Positions 10,268-21,200 of a stretch of 64,000 nt of DNA are shown piece after piece (the stretch's first letter is position 1; the number at the start of each line of letters is the position of its first letter). The notes below the pieces were generated by a model that saw only the letters and a list, made by a program, of their open reading frames with translations, was not told where the DNA came from and ran no database searches. The stretch comes from an uncultured delta proteobacterium (lineage in GTDB: Bacteria; Myxococcota_A; Polyangia; Polyangiales; Polyangiaceae), in the NCBI GenBank assembly GCA_963841435.1, contig CAWJCS010000005.1, positions 448,001 through 512,000 of the forward strand. Reading direction: 5' to 3'. The translations under genes were made by a program, and so were the position numbers.

Positions 10268-12637
10268 ATGTGGATGACGACGCTCGACAAGAAGCTCTTG
10301 CGCGAGACCTCGCGTCTCAAGGGGCAGATCATCACCATCGCGCTCGTGCTTGCGAGCGGAATCGTCTGCTTCATCTCCTTGCGCGGTTGCTATGCCTCGC
10401 TCCAGCGCGCGCGCGAGGCCTACTACGACCGCTATCGCTTCGCGGACGTGTTCGCGCGGGCGGAGCGTGTCCCCGAGGTCGTTGCACGCCGCATCGAGGC
10501 GCTGCCCGGCGTCCAGACCATCGAAACCCGCGTGGCCGAGGAGGTGACGCTGCCCATCGAGGGGATGCCGCGCCCGGCCTACGGGCGCCTCTTGTCCCTG
10601 CCCACCGCCCGCGAGCCCGCGACGAACGCCCTTTATCTTCGCCGCGGCAGGATGCCCGAGCGCGGGCGCGACGACGAGATCGTCGTGCTCGAGTCCTTCG
10701 CGGAAGCGCACGGGCTCGACCCGGGCCACCGCGTGCCGATCGTCTTGAACGGCAAGCGGCGCTCGTTTCGCGTCGTCGGCGTCGCGCTCTCGCCGGAGTT
10801 CGTGTACGCGATCCGCCCCGGCGCCATCGTCGACGATCCCAAGCGCCACGCGGTCTTGTGGATGGAGCGAACGGCGCTGGCGTCCGCCTTCGAGCTCGGC
10901 GGCGCTTTCAACGACGTGACGCTGAGGCTCGCGCCCAGTGCCTCCGAGCAGGCCGTGATGAAAGCCGTGGATCGCATCCTCGCCCCCTACGGAGGCACCG
11001 GCGCGATCGGGCGAAAGGACCAGATTTCGAACAAGATCGTCACCCAGGAGCTCGACCAGCTCCGCATGCTTTCGACGATGATCCCCGCGGTATTTCTGGG
11101 GGTCGCCGCGTTTCTGGTCAATCTCGTGCTCGGGCGCCTGATTCGCCTGCATCGCGGCGAGATCGCGACGCTGAAGGCCGTCGGGTACTCGAACGGCCAG
11201 GTGGGGCGCCACTACCTCGGGCTCGTGCTCGTCGTGCTCGTGCCCGGCAGCCTGCTCGGCGTGTTGCTCGGCATCGCGCTCGGCCGGCGCGTCCTCGCGC
11301 TCTACGCGGCGACCTTCCGCTTCCCGGACCTCGCCTTCGACGCGTCGCTGTCGCTCGTGGCGTCGGCCGTGCTCGTGAGCGGCGCCGCGGCGCTCGTGGG
11401 CGGGCTCGGCGCCGTCCGCTCGGCGATCAAGATGCCCCCCGCCGAGGCGATGCAGCCGCCGGCGCCAGCCCGCTACAGAAAGAGCCTGCTCGAGCGCTTC
11501 GGGCTCGGCATGCTCTTCGGCACGAGCGGCCTGATGATCCTGCGCGAGGTCGCGCGGCGCCCGCTGCGCACGCTGTTCTCGTCGCTCGGCGTCGCGGGCG
11601 CCGTGTCCTTGATGATCCTCGCGCACTTCGGCTGGGATTCGATCCTCGCCTACTTCGAGGGCACGTTTCGGCGCGAGCAACGGCAGGATCTTTCGGTGCT
11701 GTTCGCGAAGCCCGTGTCACCGCGCGTCGTGACGGAGCTGCGCGGCACGCCGGGGGTCATCAGCGCCGAAGGCGTACGCGCCGTCCCCGTGCGCATCAGT
11801 CATGAGCATCGCCAGCGCGACAGCGTGATCATGGGGCTGCCGCGCGGGGCGACGCTGCGCCGCCTCGTGGGGCGCGGCGGCAGCGAGGTGCGCCTGCCCG
11901 AGGACGGCATCGTGCTCGAAAAGACGCTCGGCCAGGTGCTGGGACTGCGCGTCGGCGACCGCGCCGAGATCGAGGTGCGCGAGGGCTCGCGCAAGACGGT
12001 GTACCCCGTCGTGGTCGGCTTCGTCGACGAGGCCGTGGGGCTCTCGATGTACGCGCAAGCGGGCTACGTGGCGTCGCTCGAGGGGGATCTGGGTGCCGTT
12101 TCGTCGGTGCTGCTGCGCGTGGATCCGCGCGAGGCGGATCGCATCGACGAGCGCCTGCGCCGCTCGCCGCGCATCATCGACGTATCGGACGTGACGGGCG
12201 ACATGCAGCGCATGCTCGACATGAACGCCTCGATCATGGACGTGTGGACGGCCGTTTCGATAGCGCTCGCGGCGAGCGTCGTGTTCGGCGTGGTCTACAA
12301 CAACGCACGAATCGGGCTGTCGGCACGCAGCCGTGACCTGGCGAGCCTGCGCGTGCTCGGCTTCACGCGCCGCGAGGTCTCGATCATCCTGCTCGGGGGC
12401 CAGGCGCTCGAGGTGGGGCTCGCCATCCCGATCGGGCTCTACCTCGGTCGCGCCTGGGCGCGCGCGTTCATGAAATCCGTGGATCAAGAGATGTATCGCT
12501 GGGCCGTGACGATCGCGCCGCGCACCTACCTGCTCTCGGCCTCCGTGACGCTTTTCGCGGCGGTGGTGAGCGGGCTTTGGGTGCGAAAAAGCCTCGACGA
12601 TCTCGACCTCGTCGGCGTGCTCAAGGCCAGAGAGTGA
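10268..12637 (+). CDS. ABC transporter permease, duplicated MacB/FtsX domains
   Basis: 789 aa with two periplasmic+FtsX halves ([22 protein letters not shown]). Confidence 0.9.
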   Translation: MWMTTLDKKLLRETSRLKGQIITIALVLASGIVCFISLRGCYASLQRAREAYYDRYRFADVFARAERVPEVVARRIEALPGVQTIETRVAEEVTLPIEGMPRPAYGRLLSLPTAREPATNALYLRRGRMPERGRDDEIVVLESFAEAHGLDPGHRVPIVLNGKRRSFRVVGVALSPEFVYAIRPGAIVDDPKRHAVLWMERTALASAFELGGAFNDVTLRLAPSASEQAVMKAVDRILAPYGGTGAIGRKDQISNKIVTQELDQLRMLSTMIPAVFLGVAAFLVNLVLGRLIRLHRGEIATLKAVGYSNGQVGRHYLGLVLVVLVPGSLLGVLLGIALGRRVLALYAATFRFPDLAFDASLSLVASAVLVSGAAALVGGLGAVRSAIKMPPAEAMQPPAPARYRKSLLERFGLGMLFGTSGLMILREVARRPLRTLFSSLGVAGAVSLMILAHFGWDSILAYFEGTFRREQRQDLSVLFAKPVSPRVVTELRGTPGVISAEGVRAVPVRISHEHRQRDSVIMGLPRGATLRRLVGRGGSEVRLPEDGIVLEKTLGQVLGLRVGDRAEIEVREGSRKTVYPVVVGFVDEAVGLSMYAQAGYVASLEGDLGAVSSVLLRVDPREADRIDERLRRSPRIIDVSDVTGDMQRMLDMNASIMDVWTAVSIALAASVVFGVVYNNARIGLSARSRDLASLRVLGFTRREVSIILLGGQALEVGLAIPIGLYLGRAWARAFMKSVDQEMYRWAVTIAPRTYLLSASVTLFAAVVSGLWVRKSLDDLDLVGVLKARE

Positions 12638-12644
12638 GAGCAAC

Positions 12645-13952
12645 ATGAACCTTCTACCCGCCGAATCACCTTCGTCGCCGCGCGACGCGGCAAACGACGC
12701 ACCTCGCCGCGCCGAGCTCGACGCCAAGCGGCGCCACGCTCGCGAGCACCGCCGGCGCCTGGGCCGCAACGTTCGCTATGCGGTGCTCGGGTTGCTCGCC
12801 GCGGGCGCCGCCGTCGCCGCCGTGCTCGCGCTCAGGCCCCAACCCGTGCCGGTCGACGTTGCAGAGGTCGCACGCGGCACGCTGAGCGTCGCCATCGAGG
12901 AGAGCGGCGTCACGCGAGTGAAGGATCGCTTCGTGTTGTCGGCGCCCGTGACGGGCAGCGTGTCGCGGCTCGGGCTCGAGCCGGGCGATACCGTGAAAGC
13001 CGGCGATGCGCTCGCCGAGATAGCCCCCGCGCTGTCACCGCTGCTCGACGCGCGCACGCGCGCAGAAGCCGAGGCGCGGCTCGGGGCGGCGCTTTCCGCG
13101 CAGGGACAGGCCCGCGCCCAGGTGGCGCGCGCCAAGGTGGCCCAGGAACTCGCCGAGCAGGAGCTCGTGCGCGCGAAGAAGCTCGCTCAAACTCGCTCCA
13201 TCCCCGCGCAGGCGCTCGAGGAGGCGGAGTTCGTCACGCGCCTGCGCACCGAGGAGCTCCACTCGGCCGACTTCGCGAGCAAGGTGGCGACCGAGGAGGT
13301 GCGCGTCGCACGCGTTTCGCTCGGGCGCGATTCGAAGGGGGCCTCGACGACGGGTGATCGGCATGTCAACGTGCTCTCGCCCGTGTCCGGTCGCGTGCTC
13401 CGCGTCCACCAGAAGAGCGCGAGCGTGGTCCAGGCCGGCACACCGCTCGTCGAGGTCGGTGACCCGGAGCGACTCGAGGTCGTCGTCAACGTGCTCACGA
13501 CCGACGCGGTCCGCATCGCGCCGGGCACGCCCGTCGCGATCCGCGGCTGGGGTGGCGACCACGACGTCGCCGGTCGCGTGAGCCGCATCGAGCCCTCCGC
13601 GTTCACTCGTCCGTCGGCACTCGGTGTCGACGAGCAACGCGTCAACGTCGTCGTGGCCCTCACCGACCCGCGCGAGCGCTGGGCGAGCCTGGGCGACGGC
13701 TACCGGGTCGAGGCGCGGCTCGTGCTTTACCGGGCGGACGGCGTGCTCAAGGTGCCGCTCGGGGCGATCTTCCGGCGCGGCGACGGCTGGGCCGCCTACC
13801 GCGTCAACGGCGGCGTCGCGCACCTCGTCGACGTGAAGGTGGGACACCGCGGTGAGACCGAAGCCGAGCTCACCGGGTTGCCGCTCGGAGCGTCGGTTGC
13901 CGTGCACCCGGGCGATCGCGTCAAGGAGGGCGCACGCGTCGAGCCACGCTAG
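12645..13952 (+). CDS. periplasmic adaptor (HlyD/MacA family)
   Basis: N-terminal TM, lipoyl-like SAPVTG..GDTVKAG, helical hairpin, SALGVDEQRVNV. Confidence 0.88.
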   Translation: MNLLPAESPSSPRDAANDAPRRAELDAKRRHAREHRRRLGRNVRYAVLGLLAAGAAVAAVLALRPQPVPVDVAEVARGTLSVAIEESGVTRVKDRFVLSAPVTGSVSRLGLEPGDTVKAGDALAEIAPALSPLLDARTRAEAEARLGAALSAQGQARAQVARAKVAQELAEQELVRAKKLAQTRSIPAQALEEAEFVTRLRTEELHSADFASKVATEEVRVARVSLGRDSKGASTTGDRHVNVLSPVSGRVLRVHQKSASVVQAGTPLVEVGDPERLEVVVNVLTTDAVRIAPGTPVAIRGWGGDHDVAGRVSRIEPSAFTRPSALGVDEQRVNVVVALTDPRERWASLGDGYRVEARLVLYRADGVLKVPLGAIFRRGDGWAAYRVNGGVAHLVDVKVGHRGETEAELTGLPLGASVAVHPGDRVKEGARVEPR

Positions 13953-13997
13953 AGTGGCGCCTTTCGGGCTTGGAAGAACCGATCGCTTGTAGGGGCT

Positions 13998-14108
13998 ACG
14001 CAGGTTCTGCGCCGCGGCCCGCAGGCAACGCAAGTTGCGCGGGAGGTTGCGCGTCGGGGGAGCGCGTCACGCCGGATTCAGGGTCTCGGGCGACGGCACG
14101 GTTTCTGC
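13998..14108 (+). promoter_or_regulatory. enhancer palindrome plus sigma54 promoter
   Basis: ACGCA-GGTTC-TGCGC at 13998-14012 and CGGCACGGTTTCTGC at 14094-14108. Confidence 0.6.
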
Positions 14109-14138
14109 TTCTGCAAGAGGTCAGGAGGTCCCGTCCCC

Positions 14139-14366
14139 ATGAAGTGCAACGTGAACCACCTCGACCGTGCCATCCGCCTCGGCGCAGGCATGTTCCTGCT
14201 CGCGACCCCGCTCCTCGATCTGCACACGTACCCGGTAAACCTTTTCGGGATCGTGCTGATCGGCACTGGGCTCGCAGGGTTCTGCCCGCTCTACGCCGCC
14301 ATCCGCGCGCTCGTGCCGAAGCGTGAGCACGGCCTGCGCGAGGCGCACGCCACCGTTCGCCACTGA
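14139..14366 (+). CDS. DUF2892/YgaP-like small membrane protein
   Basis: MKCNV..LDRAIR...GFCPLY signature; RBS AGGAGG. Confidence 0.85.
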   Translation: MKCNVNHLDRAIRLGAGMFLLATPLLDLHTYPVNLFGIVLIGTGLAGFCPLYAAIRALVPKREHGLREAHATVRH

Positions 14367-14424
14367 GCCACGAAGCGCGGCCGCGGGCGCCCCGTCAATC
14401 CCGATCGTGGCAGAGGGAAGCGCG

Positions 14425-16107
14425 ATGGGAAAGCTCCACCTCGCCCTGCTCTGGCATCAGCATCAGCCGCTCTACCGCGACCTCGGCCAGCGCGAGGCCG
14501 CGGGCGCCTACCGGCTGCCGTGGGTCCGTCTCCACGCCCTCCGCGACTATTACTCGATGGCCGCGCTCGCGGGGGCCCGGCCGGGGCTCGCGCTCACCAT
14601 CAATCTGACGCCCGTGCTGACGTGGCAGCTCGAGGACTACGCCGAGCGCGGCGCCACCGATCGCGCGCTCGAGCTCACTCTGAAGCGCGCCGAGACCCTC
14701 GATGCCGACGAGCGACACGAGATGCTCTCGACGTTCTTCCACGCCAGTGTCGAACGCCAAATCGCGCCGTATCCGCGCTACCACGAGCTCCTTCGGCGTC
14801 GTGACGAGCGGGCGCGCTTCGCCTCCGAAGATTTGCGCGACCTCGCGGCCTGGTTCAGCCTCGCCTGGTTCAACGAGGAGTTTCGCACCGGCGCCGTGCG
14901 CCTCGTGACGGGCGAAACGGCGAGCGTTGCGCGGTTCGTCGAGCAGGGCGGCGGTTTTTCGCCGGCCGATCTCGAATCGATCGTCGGCGAGCAGCAGAAG
15001 ATCCTCCGCGCTGTCATCCCGCTCCACCGCGCCCTCCAGGAAGCCGGCAGCATCGAGATCTCGACGACACCGTACTTTCACCCGATCTTGCCCATCCTCG
15101 TCGACAGCGACACGGCGACGCTCGACGCGCCGGGGAGTCGCCCCCGCCCCTTTCGACATCCGGAAGATGCTCGAGCCCAGATCGCTCTCGCGATCGAGCA
15201 CCACGTGGCGCTGTTCGGTGGGCGCCCTCACGGGATGTGGCCCGCCGAGGGTGCCGTGAGCCAGGCGACCGTCGGGCTCCTCGCCGAACAAGGCGTGACC
15301 TGGATCGCCACCGACCGGGGCGTGCTCGAGCGCTCGGGGCGCTTCGGCTACCGCGCCGACGACCCGAACGTGCTTTGCCGCCCGTACCGCGCCGAGGAGG
15401 GCGGCCAGGCGCTCGCGGTGTTTTTCCGCGAGCGCGAGCTGTCCGACAAGATCGGCTTCGACTACCACCGGTATGCCGACCAGGACGGCGCCGCGCGCGA
15501 GTTCATCGACCACCTGCACCGCGAGCTCCTCGACCGTCTCGACCCCGGCGAGGACCACGTGGTGTCGATCGTGCTCGATGGGGAGAACGCCTGGGGTGCC
15601 TACCCGCACGACGGACGGGATTTTCTGAGCGCTCTCTACGGCCGGGTCGTGGCCGATCCGGACATCGTTCCCACGACCTTTTCGGGATACCTCGCAGGAG
15701 ATGCCGCGCGCCCGCCGCACGGCCTCGCGGACCTCACGCGCGTTTACGACCTTTACACGGGCTCGTGGATCGACCAGGCGGGCTCTGCCCCGGGCGTCAA
15801 CCTCGGCACGTGGATCGGTCACGACGAGGAGAACCGAGCCTGGAACGCGCTCGGCGACGCACGCGACGCTCTCGAGCGGGCGGGCAAGACGCCCGAGAGC
15901 TTCCCCGCCGCATTCCACGCGCTCTATGCGGCCGAGGGCAGCGACTGGTTCTGGTGGTTCGGCGAGGATCAGGGCTCGGATTGGGATCCCGAGCTCGACG
16001 CGCTCTTCCGCGCACACGTGCGGCAGGCGTACCTCGAGGGCGGCCTGTCGCCGCCGGCAAGCCTCGAGCAGCCCATCGCCGCGCGACTGAGACACACGGG
16101 AAGCTGA
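14425..16107 (+). CDS. glycoside hydrolase family 57 (amylopullulanase-like)
   Basis: LWHQHQP, PWVRLH, GMWPAEG, VLDGENAW, AEGSDWFWW. Confidence 0.92.
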   Translation: MGKLHLALLWHQHQPLYRDLGQREAAGAYRLPWVRLHALRDYYSMAALAGARPGLALTINLTPVLTWQLEDYAERGATDRALELTLKRAETLDADERHEMLSTFFHASVERQIAPYPRYHELLRRRDERARFASEDLRDLAAWFSLAWFNEEFRTGAVRLVTGETASVARFVEQGGGFSPADLESIVGEQQKILRAVIPLHRALQEAGSIEISTTPYFHPILPILVDSDTATLDAPGSRPRPFRHPEDARAQIALAIEHHVALFGGRPHGMWPAEGAVSQATVGLLAEQGVTWIATDRGVLERSGRFGYRADDPNVLCRPYRAEEGGQALAVFFRERELSDKIGFDYHRYADQDGAAREFIDHLHRELLDRLDPGEDHVVSIVLDGENAWGAYPHDGRDFLSALYGRVVADPDIVPTTFSGYLAGDAARPPHGLADLTRVYDLYTGSWIDQAGSAPGVNLGTWIGHDEENRAWNALGDARDALERAGKTPESFPAAFHALYAAEGSDWFWWFGEDQGSDWDPELDALFRAHVRQAYLEGGLSPPASLEQPIAARLRHTGS

Positions 16108-16134
16108 CCCGAGCGAAGAGCGCCCCATGGGCAG

Positions 16135-16235
16135 CGGCACGGAATGCGCACCCGGACCCGAAACGAGACGTTTCTTGCACGCCGAGTGCCCCGGCGCGCG
16201 CCAACGCGCACGTCGCGCTTGGTACGCCTGTTGCT
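16135..16235 (+). promoter_or_regulatory. enhancer palindrome plus sigma54 promoter
   Basis: CGGCA-CGGAA-TGCGC at 16135-16149 and TGGTACGCCTGTTGCT at 16220-16235. Confidence 0.65.
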
Positions 16236-16247
16236 TACATCCGAGTC

Positions 16248-16550
16248 ATGGCGACCCACCGAGTCCAATCGACGCGCACCGACGCCGCCAAGCCACTGCG
16301 GGTGGCAGACGTGATGCGACATCACGTGGCGACGGTATCGCCCCGCACGAGCCTCGCGGAGGCCTCGCGGACGATGGAGGAGTGCGGCTGTGGCTTCCTG
16401 CCCGTCGTCGATGCGCACGGTGCGGTGTGCGGCGTGGTGACCGATCGCGACATCGTGGTGCGTGCCTGCGCGAAGGGGGCAAACGTCGCCGAAACCAGGG
16501 TCTCGGAGGTGATGACGGTCGACGTCGTGAGCTGCCCGGTTGGGCGCTGA
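16248..16550 (+). pseudogene. CBS-domain protein, truncated in the second CBS repeat
   Basis: LRVADVM...LPVVD...GVVTDRDIVVR...VSEVMTVDVVSC, then an early stop. Confidence 0.7.
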
Positions 16551-16733
16551 CCCCTTTCGGCCTCGCCGGCTTCGCCGCCTGGAACGCGCTCGTGATCACG
16601 ATGTGCGCGCTCGCGCTCGTCGCTCTCCGTCGCCGGGCGAAGGGGGAGCGCTTCGTCCTCCAGCACGCGACGCAGGGCACATGACGGAGCTCGCAAACAC
16701 CACGCCAGGCAGGCTCGGGGACGGCACGGCGCC

Positions 16734-16835
16734 AAGCAGCGCTTGCGCGCACTCGGTGGGTTGCCGCAGCGTTTTCGCGCCACCCTGCTCCGTTGCCGGC
16801 AAAAATTAGCGCCGCCGCGTGGCACGCCCCGTGCA
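16734..16835 (+). promoter_or_regulatory. paired enhancer palindromes plus sigma54 promoter
   Basis: AAGCA-N5-TGCGC at 16734, CCGCA-N5-TTCGC at 16764, TGGCACGCCCCGTGCA at 16820-16835. Confidence 0.6.
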
Positions 16836-16859
16836 CGGTGTTTCCTCCGGAGGCCAGCC

Positions 16860-17271
16860 ATGATCGCAAGAGAAATCATGACCCCGGATCCGTACACCGT
16901 GAGCGTCACGACGAACCTGCGTCAGGTGCTGCGAGCGCTCCGGGAAGCGGACGTGCGCCACCTACCCGTGGTGGAAAACGATGCGCTCGTCGGCATCATC
17001 AGTGATCGCGACCTTCGCGACGTCGTGCCGGACGCGCTGTCGTCGTTTGCGAGCCCCGGACGCATCGAGGAGATCCTCGCGCGCCCGGCGAGCACGCTCA
17101 TGACGGCCAGCGTCGTGTCCGTGAATCCCGAGACCGAGCTCCCGGAAGTCATCGACTTGATGATCGAAAATCGCGTGGGCGCCGTGCCCGTCGTCGAGGC
17201 CGATAGCTCGAAGCTCGTGGGCATCGTGAGCTACGTTGAACGTGTTGCGCGCCGCGCGCGACGCTGTCTGA
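16860..17271 (+). CDS. CBS-pair protein (+1 frameshift near the C-terminus)
   Basis: Two CBS repeats. Removing one A at 17239-40 gives GIVSYVDVLRAARDAV* ending at 17271. Confidence 0.85.
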
Positions 17272-17280
17272 CGGCCCCCA

Positions 17281-18288
17281 TCAGGCGCCCGGCGCGTCGT
17301 CCGGCCGAAAGGAGGACAGCACACGCAGGTAATTCGCGCGCTCGTACACCCCCGGATCGGGGCAGCGCGAAAGGTTCATGCTGCCCTTGGCCTGGCGGAG
17401 AGATTCGTAGTCATGCTCTTCGAGCCACCTGACGAGCTCGGCGCGAATCTCGCCGAAACGGCGTGGGCCGTGCTTGAGGATCTCGGAGACGAGCTGCACG
17501 GCGTCGGCACCCGCCATGATCGCCTTGAGCGCGTCGAGCATCCCGTGCACGCCGCCGCTCACGCCGAGCGAAACCTCGAGCTGCGCCGACAGGATGGCGA
17601 GCCACCTCAGCCGCAAGAGCAGCTCCGAGGAGCTCGAGAGCTCGAGACGATGCGCGACCTCGAGCTCCTCGACGTCGATGTCGGGCTGGTAGAAACGGTT
17701 GAACAGCACGAGACCGTCCGCGCGAGCGTTCGCGAGCCGTGCCGCGAAGCTCGCAAGCGAGGTATAGAACGGCGAGAGCTTAATGGCGATCGGAAGCTTG
17801 GTGTAGCCCTTCACGCTCGTGAGCATGTCAACGGTGGTCTTCTCGATCTCCTCGGCCGAAGCTTCGGGGTCGCTCGCCACGCGGTACACGTTGAGCTCGA
17901 GCGCGTCCGCGCCCGCCTGGTCGACGAGGCGCGCGTATTCGAGCCAGCCTCGATTGGTCACACCGTTGAGCGACGCGATGACCGGCACCCGAACGGCGCT
18001 CTTGATGCGACGAAGCTGCTCCAGGTACTCGTTGGGCCCGAGCGCGAACTCGGCGCGATGCGGCCGAAAATACAGCGCCTCGGCGAAGGAGTCGTCGTGG
18101 CTCGCGACAGCGCGGGAGGCGGCGTGCTCGAGCGCGATCTGCTCCTCGAACAGGGAGTGCATGACGATGGCCGCGGCGCCGGCGTCCTCGGCGCGCCGCA
18201 CGGCGTCCAGGTCGTTGACGAGCGGAGAGGCGCCGAGCACGAGCGGATGCGGCAACTCGAGGCCCAGGTACGTCGTCGAGAGATCCAT
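17281..18288 (-). CDS. dihydroorotate dehydrogenase-like flavoprotein (PFOR-associated type)
   Basis: MDLSTTYLGL, SLFEEQI, IKLSPF, LFNRFYQPDID, ERANY; coupled to the nifJ stop. Confidence 0.88.
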   Translation of the reverse strand: MDLSTTYLGLELPHPLVLGASPLVNDLDAVRRAEDAGAAAIVMHSLFEEQIALEHAASRAVASHDDSFAEALYFRPHRAEFALGPNEYLEQLRRIKSAVRVPVIASLNGVTNRGWLEYARLVDQAGADALELNVYRVASDPEASAEEIEKTTVDMLTSVKGYTKLPIAIKLSPFYTSLASFAARLANARADGLVLFNRFYQPDIDVEELEVAHRLELSSSSELLLRLRWLAILSAQLEVSLGVSGGVHGMLDALKAIMAGADAVQLVSEILKHGPRRFGEIRAELVRWLEEHDYESLRQAKGSMNLSRCPDPGVYERANYLRVLSSFRPDDAPGA

Positions 18289-21200
18289 CAGCTCGTCTCC
18301 TTTTGGGCGCCGCCCTGGCGGATTGCCGAGAGCGCGGAGTAGAGCGCGATGCGATGCTCCACGTCACGCTCGGCGGCTTTCAGTAGCCGTTCGTAGCGGG
18401 CGGGGTCGAGCCGCTTCACGGCGTGGAAGCGCGCTTCGCCCGCCATGTACTCGCGTGCCTTCGCCTTGCCCGGCACCGCGTCGAGCGTGAGCGGTGGCTC
18501 ACCGGCGGCGAGCCTGCGCGGGTCGAAGCGGAACAGCGGCCAGACGCCCGAATCGACGGCGAGTCGCTGCTGCCGCGCGCCAAAGGCGAGATCGTAGCCA
18601 TGCGCGATGCAGTGCGAGTACGCGATCACGAGCGAGGGGCCGGGGTGCGCCTCCGCTTCGACGAGCGCGCGAACCGTCTGCGCGTCGCGCGCCCCGAACG
18701 CCACGCGCGCCACGTAGACGTGCCCGTAGCTCATGGCGTGAAGCCCGAGATCCTTCTTCTCGGCGTCGCGGCCGAGTACCGCGAACTTGGCGGCCGCGCC
18801 GCGCGGCGTCGCCTTCGACTTCTGGCCACCGGTGTTCGAGTACACCTCGGTGTCGAGCACGAGCACGTTCACGTCGAGGTCCGACGAGAGCACGTGGTCG
18901 AGCCCGCCGAACCCGATGTCGTACGCCCAGCCGTCGCCTCCCACGATCCAGACGCTCTTTTTCACGAGCTCGTCGGCGACCTCGCCGAGGTGCCGAGCCT
19001 CCGGACGCGAGATCCCGCCGAGGGCCGCTCGCAGCGTCGTCACGCGCTCGCGCTGCTCGACGAGGCCGGCCTCGCTCGTCTGGTCGGCGCCGAGCAGGGC
19101 CGCGACGAGCGCTGGGTCGAGCTCGCCCGAGAGCGATTCGAGCAGCGTCCGCGCCTGCCGAGCCCGGGCGTCCAACGCGAGGCGCATGCCGAATCCGAAC
19201 TCGGCGTTGTCCTCGAACAGCGAGTTCGCCCAGGCGGGGCCGCGACCATCCGCGCGCGCCGCCCAGGGCGTCGTCGGGAGGTTGCCGCCGTAGATCGAGG
19301 AGCAGCCCGTCGCGTTGGCGACGAGCAGCCGGTCGCCGAAGAGCTGCGTCAAAAGCTTGAGATACGGTGTTTCGCCGCAACCCGAGCACGCCCCGGAGTA
19401 CTCGAAGAGCGGCTCGAGCAGCTGAGAGCCCTTGACGTCGAGATGCACGCGGCGCCGGTCCATCTCCGGCAGCGAAAGGAAGAACTCGTAGCGCTCGCGG
19501 AGCGCCTCGAGCGTGTCTCCGATCGGCGTCATGTCGATCGCCTTGTGACGCGGATTGCTCTTGTCCTTCGCGGGGCACACCTCGACGCAGAGCCGGCAGC
19601 CCGTGCAGTCCTCGGCTGCAACGGCGAGCGCGTACTTCTCGCCGGGGAAGTCGTGGCCCTTCCACGCGGTCGCCGCGAAACCGGCGGGCGCCTTCAGAAG
19701 CTCGGGCTCGGCGAAAACCTTGGCCCGAATGGCGGCGTGCGGGCACGCGAGCACGCATTTGTTGCACTGGATGCAGAGCGCCGCGTCCCACGCCGGAACG
19801 CTCGTCGTGAGTCGGCGCTTCTCGAACCGGCTCGTGCCGACCGGCCACACGCCGTCCACGGGAAAGGCGCTCACGGGCAGTCGATCACCCCGCCCGGCGA
19901 TCATCGCCGCCGTCACGTGCTTCACGAAGTCGGGCGCAGCGTCCGACACGGGCGGCCGCCGCGGCTTGCCGTCAGGGAGCGCGGCCGGCAGCGCGAGCTC
20001 GACGAGCGCGCCCTCCGCTCCGGCAACGGCAGCGAGGTTCTGGCGAATCACCTCCGGTCCACCCTTTTCGTAGCCGTGCTGGATGGCCTCCTTCATGCCG
20101 AGCCTCGCCACCTCGGCGGGCAGGAGCCGCGAAACGGCGAAGAAGCAGGCTTGCATCACGGTGTTGATGTGACGACCGAGCCCGGCCTCGCGAGCCACGC
20201 GATAGCCGTCGATCGCGAACACCCTGAGCCTTCGCGTGACGATCTCCTGCATCACCTCGCGAGACAGGCGCGAGAACGTCTCCTCGGGTGAAAACGGCAC
20301 GTTGAGCAGCAGCACGGCTCCCGGACGCGCGTGCTCGACGACGGGCATGCGATCGAGCAGCTCGAACTGGTGGCAGCCGACGAAGTCGGCCTGCGTGACG
20401 AGGTACGGCCGCCCGATCGGGTGCTTGGCGAACCTGAGGTGCGACACCGTCACGGCGCCCGCCTTCTTCGAATCGTAAACGAAGAATCCCTGCACCTCGT
20501 GCTCGCCGCGATCCCCGACGATCTTGATCGTGCTCTTGCTGGCGCCCACCGTGCCGTCCGACCCCAGCCCGAAGAACACGGCCTCGTAGGTGCCCTCGTG
20601 CTCGAGCTCGAGCTCCACGTTGACGTCGAGCGACTCGTGCGTCACGTCGTTGACGATGCCGAGCGAAAAATGCCGGCGCGGTGCCGCGCGAGCGAGCTCG
20701 TCGACCACGGCCTTGACCATGGTGGGCGTGAGCTCCTTCGACGAAAGCCCGTATCGACCGCCGCTGACGGACACCTCCGGGCGACCCGCCTCGGCGAGCG
20801 CGCCCACGATGTCGAGGTAGAGCGGCTCGCCGACGGCCCCGGGTTCCTTGGTGCGATCGAGCACCGCGATGCGCCGCACCGACCGTGGCAGCGCTCGTGC
20901 GAAGCGCTCGACCGAGAACGGCCGATACAGGCACACCTTGACGGCACCCACACGCTCACCGCGCGCCGCGAGCGCGCTCACCGTCTCCGCGACGGTCGTC
21001 GCCGCCGACCCCATGGCCACGACGACGCGCTCGGCCTCGGGATGCCCCGCGTATTCGAAGAGGGCGTGCCTTCGTCCCGTGCGCTGGAACAGCCGCTCCA
21101 TCGAGCGCTCCACGACGTCGGGACAGGCAGCATAGAATCGGTTCACGGCTTCGCGCGCCTGAAAATAAGTATCGGGGTTGTGCGCCGTACCCCGGACGCT

